Source of the DNA: Gemmatimonadaceae bacterium
Lineage (GTDB): Bacteria; Gemmatimonadota; Gemmatimonadetes; Gemmatimonadales; Gemmatimonadaceae
DNA length: 53,180 bases
Assembly (NCBI GenBank): GCA_040902005.1
Contig: JBBDYA010000005.1
Location: forward strand, 1-53,180
Direction of reading: 5' to 3'
Shown here: piece by piece, positions 9,292 to 18,348 of the stretch
Numbering within the stretch: position 1 is the first letter of the stretch
How the letters are laid out: each line of letters opens with the position of its first letter
The notes under the pieces: model-generated
Database searches by the model: none
The model's input: only the letters and a program-made list of their open reading frames with translations
Told to the model about the DNA's origin: nothing
Made by a program: the position numbers and the translations under genes

Positions 9292-9854
9292 TCTCGCTCG
9301 ATGACGCGCTCACCGCGGTGCGCGGCGTGAGACGCGAGGACGATGTCGTCGTCACCACGATGGCGGCTGCCAAGGTGTGGATGGATCTCGGGCCGGTGCG
9401 TCCGCTGGACCTCGTGTTCGTGCCATCGTGCATGGGACACGCGACGTCGTTCGGACTGGGAATCGCGCTCGCGCAACCGGAGCGGCGCATCATCGTGTGC
9501 AATGGCGACGGGTCCATGCTCATGAACCTGGGCTCACTCGTGACGATCGCCGCGCAGGCGCCGCCGAACCTCTGCGTCGTGATCGTGGACAACGGCGTCT
9601 ACGAGGTGACCGGTGCGCAACCGCTGCCGGCGCGGCCAGACTTCGGGGCGTTGGCACGCGCCAGTGGCATCGCGAACGTGCACCATTTCGTGGACGCGAC
9701 GGAGTGGTCCGGCGCCGCCGGGCGAGTGCTCGCGGCGCGCGGGCCGACGGTGGTCGTGGTGGGCATCGAAGCCGAGCCGGAGCGTCCCGCGCCCAGGTCG
9801 CCCGGCCCGGCCGCCGCCCGCGCCGTTGCGCTCCGGCGCGCGCTGCTCGCGTAA
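9288..9854 (+). CDS. TPP-dependent decarboxylase beta subunit (ComE-like)
   Basis: [14 protein letters not shown] and the TPP motif GDGSMLMN...DNG.YE.TG.Q. ATGA overlap with the alpha subunit. Confidence 0.85.
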   Translation: MISLDDALTAVRGVRREDDVVVTTMAAAKVWMDLGPVRPLDLVFVPSCMGHATSFGLGIALAQPERRIIVCNGDGSMLMNLGSLVTIAAQAPPNLCVVIVDNGVYEVTGAQPLPARPDFGALARASGIANVHHFVDATEWSGAAGRVLAARGPTVVVVGIEAEPERPAPRSPGPAAARAVALRRALLA

Positions 9855-9868
9855 GTCGCCCCAGGGGG

Positions 9869-10375
9869 TCAGCGCGGCAGCCGGACGCGCCGCCAGCGCT
9901 CGGTGGGAAGGACGAACCCGACTACCGCGCCCAGTGCGGCTCCGAACTTTGCGCCCACCTCGGCGGCGCGCCACGTGCGGTTGTAGTGGGGCCATTCCGT
10001 GCTGGCCGGGTCGTTCGAGACCGCGGCGCTGATCGCGCCGGCGAGGGCGAATCCAATCGCCCGTTCGACCGCGCTTTCCACGCGGGACGGCGGTCCCTTG
10101 CTCACGTCCAGTCGCCGGATCGCTGAGCGCGGCACGGCGAGGGCGCCGAGCGTACCGGGCACTGTCAGGTGCAGGGTGTCGTCCGACATCCCCGCCAGCG
10201 TGGCGCGCAGTTGCAGGCGTCGCCATGGACCCTGTTCCTGCAGATACGCCTCGGGGATCCAGACGCGCACGCGCGCGCCGGTCTGCACGCGTTCGGTGAA
10301 CTGGGCGTGCGCCGGCGTCGGAACGAGTGAGGTCAGTGCGAGAGCCAGCAGGAAGGGGCGCATCATGGTGAGCAT
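9869..10375 (-). CDS. Hypothetical exported protein with Gly-rich C-terminal hydrophobic helices
   Basis: 168 aa. Signal peptide (PAHA/Q), GARVRV, GAALGAVVG..ERW. Confidence 0.7.
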   Translation of the reverse strand: MLTMMRPFLLALALTSLVPTPAHAQFTERVQTGARVRVWIPEAYLQEQGPWRRLQLRATLAGMSDDTLHLTVPGTLGALAVPRSAIRRLDVSKGPPSRVESAVERAIGFALAGAISAAVSNDPASTEWPHYNRTWRAAEVGAKFGAALGAVVGFVLPTERWRRVRLPR

Positions 10376-10460
10376 GATCGATGTGAGAAGTCAGGAATGG
10401 AGCGCGAGAGGAAGATGTACCAGTGGAAGGGTACGCGTGATGACGTCACAAGGAACCGCC

Positions 10461-10928
10461 TCATGACGATGCACCGGTCGGACGCCGCGGGAACCGCACG
10501 TACGTGTCGAACACGTACTTCCACGGCACGACGGCCACCAGCAGCGGGGTCCATGCGAATACCCTGGCCATCTCCTCCGCCGGCGAACCCGCGAGCGTGC
10601 CGGCGCGCCAGAGCGGATACGCCACGAACACCAGCCAGAGCGTCTTGTACCCGATGGTGACGAACATGATCGGCAGCATCCGGAGCGGATGGATGAGTCC
10701 GAGGATCGCCAGCGTGGGGTACGTGGCCCAGACGCAGAAAGCCACGGCCCTCACGTGGTCCCACGGCCCCTGGTGCGTGATGAGGACTCGCCAGGAGTCC
10801 GTGGCGACGAACGCTGCCATCAGGAAGTAGAACGTGCGCAGCGCAAGGATGTTGATCGGACGCACGCCTTCCCAGCGCGCGTAGTCGCGCGCGAACATGG
10901 ACGTGAATGATTTCAGTGAGATTCGCAT
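10461..10928 (-). CDS. Hypothetical integral membrane protein
   Basis: 155 aa with about 4 hydrophobic segments and LGLIHPLRMLPI..YK.LWL. Downstream of and co-oriented with the DUF2975/HTH pair. Confidence 0.75.
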   Translation of the reverse strand: MRISLKSFTSMFARDYARWEGVRPINILALRTFYFLMAAFVATDSWRVLITHQGPWDHVRAVAFCVWATYPTLAILGLIHPLRMLPIMFVTIGYKTLWLVFVAYPLWRAGTLAGSPAEEMARVFAWTPLLVAVVPWKYVFDTYVRFPRRPTGASS

Positions 10929-10961
10929 TGACGGGTTTTCCTTGTGTGGCGGTGGTTGGGA

Positions 10962-11201
10962 TCAGCCCGGGGACGTTTCGGAATCCTCGTCGCCGCTGTC
11001 CGGCGCGAACCGCAGCAGGTCGCCGGGCTGGCAGTTGAGCGCCGAGCAGATCGCCTCGAGGGTGGAAAAGCGGATCGCTCGCGCCTTGCCTGTCTTGAGG
11101 ACGGAGAGGTTGGCGAGGGTGATGTCGACCTTCTCCGAGAGCTCCGTGAGCGTCATGCGACGCGCGTGCAGCACGTCGTCGAGCGTGGCGATGATGGCCA
11201 T
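10962..11201 (-). CDS. Cro/C1-type HTH transcriptional regulator (YozG-like)
   Basis: 79 aa with LTELSEKVDITLANLSVLKTGKARAIRFSTL..IC..L.CQPGDLL. Confidence 0.92.
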   Translation of the reverse strand: MAIIATLDDVLHARRMTLTELSEKVDITLANLSVLKTGKARAIRFSTLEAICSALNCQPGDLLRFAPDSGDEDSETSPG

Positions 11202-11203
11202 GG

Positions 11204-11728
11204 TCAGACCGTCCCTTCGAGATCCGCGCGCATGCGCGTGCCATGATCGAATACGCGCGCCAGCACGAAGAGCAGGAGCACGGCGATCCACGGCGTGAAG
11301 GAAAAGCTCCAGTCGATGTCCAGCGGCTGCGCGTCGGTGGACGCGCTCCCGGCGATCGCTCCCACCACGAGATGCAGCAGCTGGAGCCCGAGCACCGCCC
11401 AGGCGATCGTCTCCAGGCGCGCCGCGTTGCCCGTGACGAAGGGATCGCCCGCGCGAACGGTCTCGATGATGGCCTGGAGTCGCTTCAGGATCAGGTGCGC
11501 GATCGGCACCGACGCGATGCCGACCACCATGATCAGGCGCATCGCCACCAGCCGCCACGAGTCGTCAGCGGTGGGCCGAACACCAAGGGCGGCGAACACG
11601 GCGTCTGGCGCGATGAGACTGCTGGCCAGTAGCGCGAATATCGCCAGCCCGTACCCCACGTTCAGGACGACGAGCGCGCGCAGGACTTTTCGGGCCAGCG
11701 GCAAGGCACCGGGAGAGGACTGGGGCAC
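11204..11728 (-). CDS. DUF2975-family membrane protein
   Basis: GDPFV..NA.RL and LARVF.HG..MR.DLEGTV; classic pairing with a downstream HTH gene. Confidence 0.88.
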   Translation of the reverse strand: MPQSSPGALPLARKVLRALVVLNVGYGLAIFALLASSLIAPDAVFAALGVRPTADDSWRLVAMRLIMVVGIASVPIAHLILKRLQAIIETVRAGDPFVTGNAARLETIAWAVLGLQLLHLVVGAIAGSASTDAQPLDIDWSFSFTPWIAVLLLFVLARVFDHGTRMRADLEGTV

Positions 11729-11769
11729 GGGTTGGGCTCCTTCATAATGTATGGGCGAACAGGGCGCAG

Positions 11770-11832
11770 AATCTCGACTATCAATATCTACGTTACCGAC
11801 TATCGGTAAGTTTCATATCGTTTCTGGGTAAG
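11770..11832. promoter_or_regulatory. Three tandem palindromic operator-like sites with 22-bp period
   Basis: Perfect TTACCGA-CTA-TCGGTAA at 11793-11809, flanked by degenerate copies 22 bp to each side, in an AT-rich island upstream of DUF2975-HTH. Confidence 0.7.
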
Positions 11833-11874
11833 TTTACGGGCGGCGGATCGCGTCAGGCGCCGGCGCAGGCCCAG

Positions 11875-12055
11875 GGAAGCTCTGAAAAAAAGGGGGGCTG
11901 GGGCGAGGTGTTCGGGCCGGCGCGAGCCAGTACCAATACTTGGACGCGACAGATCTCAATGGGCATGTCGGCTCGTGTCAGTCGTCCAAGTATTGGGTAC
12001 TATGCTCGCGCCGGCCGGAACACCTCGCCCCAGCCCCTTATTTTTCAGAGCTTCC
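11875..12055. mobile_element. 181-bp palindromic MITE-like element with IS5-like termini
   Basis: Ends GGAAGCTCTGAAAAA...TTTTTCAGAGCTTCC; imperfect inverted arms of about 72 bp; flanks CCAG / CGAG. Confidence 0.7.
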
Positions 12056-12107
12056 CGAGAGGCGCACTGCCTCTGTCGCGCCCCGCCGGAGACGCCCATT
12101 CTTGCGC

Positions 12108-13616
12108 GTGACCAGCACCACACCGCCCGCGGGCGACCACGCGACCGTCCCACCTGAAAGCCGCTCCGGGCTCGACGCTTGGGTGAGCGCCGAGCTGCCG
12201 GAGCCGCCGCGCCCGACCGGTACCGGGTGGCTGCGCGTGGTGGGACCGGGCGTCATTGTCCTGGGACTCTCGATCGGGAGCGGCGAGTTCCTGCTTGGCC
12301 CCGCGACGTTCGTCCGCCACGGGCTGTCGCTGCTCTGGGTCGCCGGCGTCGCGATCTTCCTCCAGACGATCTTCAACCTGGAGTTGATGCGCTACACCGT
12401 GGCCACCGGCGAGCCGGCCTTCACGGGGTTCATGCGCACGCGGCCGTCCGCGAAAGGGTGGGCCATCGTGTACGCGCTGCTGTACTTCCTCCAGACCGGA
12501 TGGCCCGCATGGGCGGCCACCGCGGCCGGCGCGATCTTCTTCCTGTTCACCAAGCGGCTCGCCACGGCGCCGGACGCGTCCATCGTGTACTACATCGGCG
12601 TCGCGTCCTTTCTCGTGTCTGTCACCGTGCTGCTCTTTGGCCGCCGGATCGAGCGCACGCTGGAGCTGCTGAACTGGGCGATGGTGACGTGCATCCTGGG
12701 CGGGTTTTTCGTTCTGGCGATCGTCTTCGTGCCGGTGGACACCTGGCTCTCCGCGGGGGCAGGGTTCGTGGGCTACGACACCTCGAACGCGCGCTTCGAT
12801 TTCCTGCCCAGTGGCGTGGACTTTATCCTGCTCGCCGCGCTGGTGGGATATGCGGGGGGCGGCGGCGTCGCGAACATCACGCTCTCCAACTGGGCGCGCG
12901 ACAAGGGGTACGGCATGGGGGAGCGCGTGGGGTACATCCCCGCGGCGGTCGGCGGCACGCGCGTGAACCTGGCGCACACGGGGTTCATGTTCGCCCCGAC
13001 GGAAGACGGGATGCGGCGCTGGCACGGCTGGTGGCGCATCGTGTGCGCGGACCAGTGGGGGGTCTTCTTCACCGGCGCAATGCTCGGCATCGCGCTTCCC
13101 GCGCTTCTCTACGTGCACTTCCTCCCGCGCGGCGAGGACATCCGCGGGCTGGGCATCGCCGCGGCGCTGGCCGTGGCCGTCGGAGAAGTGGCCGGTCCTC
13201 TTCTGGCGGGGTTCATCGCATTCCTCGGCGCGTGGCTGCTGATCAAGACGCAGCTCGACAGCCTCGAAGCGATGACGCGCGCGGTGACCGACATGCTCTG
13301 GACCGGCAGCCGTCGTGTGCGACGCTGGCGCGGCGGGGACGTGCGGGCGGTGTACTACACGGTGCTGGCGTCCGTGGCCATCTGGGGGATGATCGCGCTG
13401 CGGCTCGCGCAGCCCATCGTACTGTTGCAGATCGGGGCGAACGTGGCGGGTGCCGTGTTCGTGATCGCGTCGCTGCACCTGCTGTACATCAACACCACGC
13501 TGCTGCCGCCAGAGCTGCGTCCCCCCATGTGGCGGCGCGCGGCGCTGGTGACGATGGCCGTGTTCTACGGATTCTTCGTCACGCTATCGGCGCTCTACCT
13601 GGTTCGCGGCGCGTGA
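12108..13616 (+). CDS. NRAMP-like (APC superfamily) membrane transporter
   Basis: VGPGVIVLGLSIGSGEFLLGP, RYTVATGE and more than 10 TM helices. GTG start inferred, because the longer ORF start lies inside the MITE. Confidence 0.8.
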   Translation: MTSTTPPAGDHATVPPESRSGLDAWVSAELPEPPRPTGTGWLRVVGPGVIVLGLSIGSGEFLLGPATFVRHGLSLLWVAGVAIFLQTIFNLELMRYTVATGEPAFTGFMRTRPSAKGWAIVYALLYFLQTGWPAWAATAAGAIFFLFTKRLATAPDASIVYYIGVASFLVSVTVLLFGRRIERTLELLNWAMVTCILGGFFVLAIVFVPVDTWLSAGAGFVGYDTSNARFDFLPSGVDFILLAALVGYAGGGGVANITLSNWARDKGYGMGERVGYIPAAVGGTRVNLAHTGFMFAPTEDGMRRWHGWWRIVCADQWGVFFTGAMLGIALPALLYVHFLPRGEDIRGLGIAAALAVAVGEVAGPLLAGFIAFLGAWLLIKTQLDSLEAMTRAVTDMLWTGSRRVRRWRGGDVRAVYYTVLASVAIWGMIALRLAQPIVLLQIGANVAGAVFVIASLHLLYINTTLLPPELRPPMWRRAALVTMAVFYGFFVTLSALYLVRGA

Positions 13617-14671
13617 ATGCTCCTGCACGAGAAGACGCGGTGACAGCACCGAGCGCCGACCCGGCTCCGCTCATAGCGCTGGACGACTACGAGCGCGCGG
13701 CCCGCGAGCGCATCGCGCCCGCGGCGTGGGAGTACATCCAGAGCGGCGCCGCGGACGAGCACACGCTGCGCTGGAACCGCGAGGCGTACGCGCGCATCCA
13801 ATTGAGTCCGCGCGTGCTGAACGACGTGAGCCGCGTGGATACCAGCGTGCGCGTACTCGACTGCGACCTGCCACATCCGATATTGCTGGCGCCCATCGCG
13901 GCGCAGCGGCTCGCGCATCCGGAGGGCGAGGTGGCCACGGCGCGCGGCGCGCGCGCGGCGGGGGCCGGAATGGTGCTCAGCAGCTACACGTCCAGGCCGG
14001 TGGAGGACGTGATCGCGGCGGGGGTGCGGCCGCTCTGGTTCCAACTCTACATGCAGGAGCGCTCGGCGACGCGCGACCTGGTGTCACGCGTGGCGGACGC
14101 CGGTTGCACCGCGCTCTGCGTGACCGTGGACACGCCGACGAGCGGTGCCCGCGACCGGCAGGCGCGGTCCGGCTTCGAGTTCCCGGCGGGCCTTCCATAT
14201 AGAACGGTGGAGCCGGGAGACAACCCATGCACCTGGGAGGACATCGCGTGGATCCGCGACAGCGCCGGCGTTCCTGTGATCCTCAAAGGCATTTTGCATC
14301 CGGACGACGCGGAGCTCGCCATCCAGTCCGGCGCCGCGGCGATCGTGGTGTCGAATCACGGTGGGCGAAACCTGGATACGCTGCCGCCTGCCATCGACGC
14401 GCTGCCGCGCGTGGTGGAGCGGGTGCGCGGCCGCGTCCCGGTGCTGGTGGACGGGGGCATCCGCCGCGGCACGGACGTTCTGAAGGCCATCGCGCTGGGC
14501 GCGAGCGCGGTGCTGATCGGCCGGCCGTACGTCTACGGACTGGCAGTGGGGGGCGCCGGGGGAGTGGAGGCGGTCGTACAGATCCTGCGGCGGGAGCTGG
14601 AGCAGGCCATGGCCCTCACCGGGCGAGCGCGGATGGGTGACGTGGATGGTTCGACGATCTGGCGAGCGTGA
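13613..14671 (+). CDS. FMN-dependent alpha-hydroxy acid oxidase/dehydrogenase
   Basis: WFQLY, VTVDTP, ILKGI, VSNHGGRNLD, DGGIRRGTDVLKA, IGRP. GTGA overlap with the transporter. Confidence 0.92.
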   Translation: MNAPAREDAVTAPSADPAPLIALDDYERAARERIAPAAWEYIQSGAADEHTLRWNREAYARIQLSPRVLNDVSRVDTSVRVLDCDLPHPILLAPIAAQRLAHPEGEVATARGARAAGAGMVLSSYTSRPVEDVIAAGVRPLWFQLYMQERSATRDLVSRVADAGCTALCVTVDTPTSGARDRQARSGFEFPAGLPYRTVEPGDNPCTWEDIAWIRDSAGVPVILKGILHPDDAELAIQSGAAAIVVSNHGGRNLDTLPPAIDALPRVVERVRGRVPVLVDGGIRRGTDVLKAIALGASAVLIGRPYVYGLAVGGAGGVEAVVQILRRELEQAMALTGRARMGDVDGSTIWRA

Positions 14672-14702
14672 ACCAACCTTTTCCGCCCAACTGGTGTCGT
14701 AT

Positions 14703-14719
14703 CCTAAGAACCTTAGGTT
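14703..14719 (+). promoter_or_regulatory. Palindromic operator overlapping the -10 element of padR
   Basis: CCTAAG-AAC-CTTAGG (14703-14717) overlapping TAGGTT (14714-14719), 7 nt before ATG 14727. Confidence 0.7.
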
Positions 14720-14726
14720 ACACACC

Positions 14727-15080
14727 ATGCCTCGCACACCAGACCTCGAACTCCTCCGCGGCACCCTCGACCTCCTGATCCTCAGGACCCTGGCATGGGG
14801 ACCCATGCACGGTCTCGCCGTCGTCCGCTGGATCGAGGACGGCAGCCGCCGACAACTCCAGATCGAGGAGGGCGCGCTCTATCCCGCCCTCCATCGCATG
14901 GAGCAGAAGGGGTGGCTCGACGCCGAATGGGGGTATACCGACCAGAATCGCCGCGCCAGGTTCTACCGCCTCACCGCACTCGGCCGCCGCCAGCTCACCG
15001 CGGAAATGTCCAAGTGGCAACGCTATGCCCTGGCCGTCGGCCACGTGCTGGCCTTCGAGGGCAATGGGGGAGGGCGCTGA
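14727..15080 (+). CDS. PadR-family transcriptional regulator (acidobacterial type)
   Basis: LLRGTLDLLIL..L..GPMHG, EEGALYPALHR, NRRARFY.LT..GR. Confidence 0.92.
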   Translation: MPRTPDLELLRGTLDLLILRTLAWGPMHGLAVVRWIEDGSRRQLQIEEGALYPALHRMEQKGWLDAEWGYTDQNRRARFYRLTALGRRQLTAEMSKWQRYALAVGHVLAFEGNGGGR

Positions 15081-15081
15081 C

Positions 15082-17838
15082 GTGCGGCGCGAGCCCTTCC
15101 TGCGGCGCGTGTTCCGCCTTCCCGCCAGCAGCGCGCGCCTCGAGCGCAGCGTGGACGACGAGCTGCGCTTCCACCTGGACGAGCGCGTGCGCGAATTCAT
15201 GGCGCGCGGCATGACGCGCGACGAAGCCGAGGCCGAAGCACGCAAGCGCTTCGGCGACTACGACAGCTATTCGCGACACACCCGTGACGTGGACGCACAG
15301 ACCATGACCATCCGCAACCGCATCGAACTCGTCGACACCCTGCGCCGTGAAGTACCACGCGCCGCGCGGCTCCTCGCCCGCGCTCCGGGGTTCGCGGCGA
15401 TCGCGATTCTCACGCTGGCGCTCGGCATCGGCGCCACGACCGCCATCTATTCAGTGGTGAAGGGGGTGCTGCTCAACCCGCTCCCGTATCCGAACCCCGA
15501 GGCGCTGGTGTCGGTCATGCACCCCACCTCGGCGCCCGGCAGCGGTGAGCGGCAGTGGGGGCTCGCATCCGTGGGGTACTTCCACTTCCGCGAACACGCG
15601 AGCACGCTCGAGGCGCTCGGCGTCTATCGCTCGGGGATGCTCTCGGTGGCGGAACCGGGGCAGCCCGCGCAGCAGGTACGCATGGCGCAGGTGACCGCGT
15701 CCCTCTTCGACGTGTTCCAGGCACGCCCGCACCTGGGGCGCCTCGTCACCGCGGAGGACGACTTGCCGGGACTGGCGCTCCGCACCGTGGTGCTCTCGTA
15801 CGAATTCTGGCGCCATTACTACGGCGAGGACCCGGACATCGTGGGCCGCACGATCCAGACGTCCGCGTTTCCACTCGAGATCATCGGCGTAACGCAGCCG
15901 GGACTGACGCTGCCGCGCCCCGGCGCATTCGCGTCATCCGCGGACCTCACGACCTTTGGCGTGGACCTCTGGGTGCCGCTGAACCTCGATCCGGCAACGC
16001 GACAGAACAACCACGCCTTCGCCGGCGTCGGGCGTCTTGCGCCTGGCGCGACCGCCGACGCGGCGCAGCGCGAGCTGTCCACCATGACGGGGCAATTCTC
16101 GGCGCTGTTCCCCGACGTGTATTCGCAGCGCTTCATGGAGAGCTACAACTTCCGCGCCGGCGTTACCCCCCTGCACGATGAAGTGCTCGGTCCCACGATC
16201 GGCCGCGCCCTCTGGATCCTCTTTGGTGCGGTGGCGCTGGTGCTCGTCATCGCCGCCGCGAACGTGGCCAACCTGTTTCTCGTGCGCATGGAGGCGCGCC
16301 GGCGCGACGCCGCCGTGCGGGCGGCGCTCGGCGCGGACCGGCGGCACATGGCGGTGCACTACCTGTCGGAGAGTCTCATGCTCACGCTCGCCGCCGGCGC
16401 GTTGGGCGTGGTGCTCGCGCGCGTGGGGCTCGCCGCGATGCTCGCCATCGCGCCGAGGAACGTGCCGCGGCTCGTCGGCGTGGAGCTGGATGGTTCGTCG
16501 CTGTTGTTCGCGCTGGCGCTGGCGGTGGTGGCCGGCATCTCACTGGGTGTCATGCCGCTGCCGCGGGCGACGAGCGTGGACGTGGACACCCTGCGGGACG
16601 GTGCGCGTGGGCTGGGCGCGTCGCGTCGGCAGCGAATGGCCAGGCATGCCCTGGTCGTGGCGCAGGTGGCGCTCGCGATGATGCTGCTGGTGGCCTCGGG
16701 GCTGATGATCCGCAGCTTCATGCATCTCCGCGACGTGCAGCCGGGACTCGACGCCTCGGGCGTGCTCACCCTCGGCGTGTCGCTGCCGTATCGGTCCTAC
16801 GAGACTATGGAGCAGGCGGCGGCGTTTCATCGCGAGTTCGGCGAGCGTGTGGGGGCGCTGCCTGGGGTGGTGGCGATCGGCGCAAGTGGCGCGCTGCCGC
16901 TCCGGGACTATGGAACGGGGTGCTCGGTGGTGTTTCGCGAGAACCGCCCATATGCGTCGGGGGAGCCCACGCCCTGCGTTCACACGGTGCCTGCCACGCC
17001 CGGCTTCTTCGACGCGCTCGGCATCACGGTGCGCGGTCGCGCGCCCGATTGGGGCGACGTATCGACAAAGACGCAGGCGGTGGTGGTGACGGAGGTACTC
17101 GCGCGCCGACTGTGGCCCGGCGAGGATGCCATCGGGAAGGGAATAGGCACCAATGGGCCGGACTCGCCATGGTGGTATCGCGTAGTGGGCGTGGTCCCGG
17201 AGCTGCGCGCGGGCGGCCTCGATCAGCCGCCCACCGAAGCGGTGTTTCTTGCCGCGAGTCCGCTCTACCCGGCGCAGAACCGCTGGGGAATGCTGAACGG
17301 GCTGGTCGTTGCGGTGAAGGTGGCGCGCGGCCAGCCGGACGACCTCATCGGCCCCATCCGTCGGGTGCTGACGGAGATGGACGCGCAGATTCCGATGGTG
17401 AATCCGGTGACGATGGAGACGGTGGTGGACCGCTCGATCGCGCGGACGTCGTTTGTGATGGCGCTGCTGAGCATCGCGGCGGCCATCGCGCTGCTGCTCA
17501 GCGCCGTGGGGCTGTATGGAGTGATCTCGTACCTCGTGGCGCAGCGCCGGGCGGAGATCGGGGTGCGCATCGCGCTCGGGGCGTCGGTGTCGCGCGTGCT
17601 GCGGATGGTGATGGGCGAGTCGGCGCGGCTCGCGCTGCTCGGAGTGGCGCTGGGCCTGCTGGGTGCGTTTCTCGGGACGCGTCTGCTCCAGGCGCTGCTG
17701 TTCGGCGTGAGCCCCACGGACTCACTGGTGCTGACCGTGGTGCCCATCGTGCTGCTCGCCATCACGGCGCTGGCGAGTTTCCTCCCGGCCCGCCGGGCAG
17801 CGCGACTCGATCCGGCGGAGGCGTTGAGGAACTCGTAA
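15082..17838 (+). CDS. ADOP-type duplicated orphan ABC permease (MacB/FtsX repeats)
   Basis: DDELRFHL prefix, PGFAAIAILTLALGIGATTAI, ANVANL, GLYGVISY.VAQRR.EIGVRIALGA, PARRAAR.DP..ALR. Confidence 0.92.
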   Translation: MRREPFLRRVFRLPASSARLERSVDDELRFHLDERVREFMARGMTRDEAEAEARKRFGDYDSYSRHTRDVDAQTMTIRNRIELVDTLRREVPRAARLLARAPGFAAIAILTLALGIGATTAIYSVVKGVLLNPLPYPNPEALVSVMHPTSAPGSGERQWGLASVGYFHFREHASTLEALGVYRSGMLSVAEPGQPAQQVRMAQVTASLFDVFQARPHLGRLVTAEDDLPGLALRTVVLSYEFWRHYYGEDPDIVGRTIQTSAFPLEIIGVTQPGLTLPRPGAFASSADLTTFGVDLWVPLNLDPATRQNNHAFAGVGRLAPGATADAAQRELSTMTGQFSALFPDVYSQRFMESYNFRAGVTPLHDEVLGPTIGRALWILFGAVALVLVIAAANVANLFLVRMEARRRDAAVRAALGADRRHMAVHYLSESLMLTLAAGALGVVLARVGLAAMLAIAPRNVPRLVGVELDGSSLLFALALAVVAGISLGVMPLPRATSVDVDTLRDGARGLGASRRQRMARHALVVAQVALAMMLLVASGLMIRSFMHLRDVQPGLDASGVLTLGVSLPYRSYETMEQAAAFHREFGERVGALPGVVAIGASGALPLRDYGTGCSVVFRENRPYASGEPTPCVHTVPATPGFFDALGITVRGRAPDWGDVSTKTQAVVVTEVLARRLWPGEDAIGKGIGTNGPDSPWWYRVVGVVPELRAGGLDQPPTEAVFLAASPLYPAQNRWGMLNGLVVAVKVARGQPDDLIGPIRRVLTEMDAQIPMVNPVTMETVVDRSIARTSFVMALLSIAAAIALLLSAVGLYGVISYLVAQRRAEIGVRIALGASVSRVLRMVMGESARLALLGVALGLLGAFLGTRLLQALLFGVSPTDSLVLTVVPIVLLAITALASFLPARRAARLDPAEALRNS

Positions 17839-17866
17839 GATTCGCCATCACGGCGCGCGTCCGTCG

Positions 17867-18337
17867 TCAGGGAGGCGCGCGACGCTGCCGCAGCACCTCG
17901 TACACCGCCAGGGCCACGCTCGTGGACAGGTTGAGCGAGCGGACATGCGGCGAGTGGATCGGCATCGAGACGAACCGGTCGGGATACCGCTCACGCAGCT
18001 CGGCCGGGAGCCCGCCCGTCTCGCGACCAAAGACGAGCGCGACGTCGCTGGGCGCGCCGAGTGGCGCGTCCCAGAACGGTCGCGTGGCGCTGGTCGAGAA
18101 GAACCACGGGTGGCCGATGGACGGCAGCGCGCGCTCGAACGCATTCCAGTCCGGCCATACGCGCAGGTCCACGTGCTCCCAGTAGTCCAGGCCGGCGCGC
18201 TTCAGCTCGCGCTCATTCAGCGAAAAGCCGAGCGGCTCGACGAGGTGCAGCGTGGCGCCCGCGGCGAGGCACGTGCGCCCGGCGTTTCCGGTGTTCCAGT
18301 GGATCTCGGGGTGCACGAGGACGACGTGCGTCGCCAC
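17867..18337 (-). CDS. trmL: tRNA (cytidine/uridine-34 2'-O)-methyltransferase
   Basis: VVLVHPEIHWNTGN.GRTC, KRAGLDYW, FGRETGGLP, RSLNLS. GTG start at 18337 inferred. Confidence 0.92.
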   Translation of the reverse strand: MATHVVLVHPEIHWNTGNAGRTCLAAGATLHLVEPLGFSLNERELKRAGLDYWEHVDLRVWPDWNAFERALPSIGHPWFFSTSATRPFWDAPLGAPSDVALVFGRETGGLPAELRERYPDRFVSMPIHSPHVRSLNLSTSVALAVYEVLRQRRAPP

Positions 18338-18348
18338 CGGGCGGTCGG

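Noticed and set aside
11940..12107. Extended N-terminus of the transporter ORF and small ORFs across the palindromic element.
   Set aside because: They lie inside the non-coding inverted repeat and have atypical composition.
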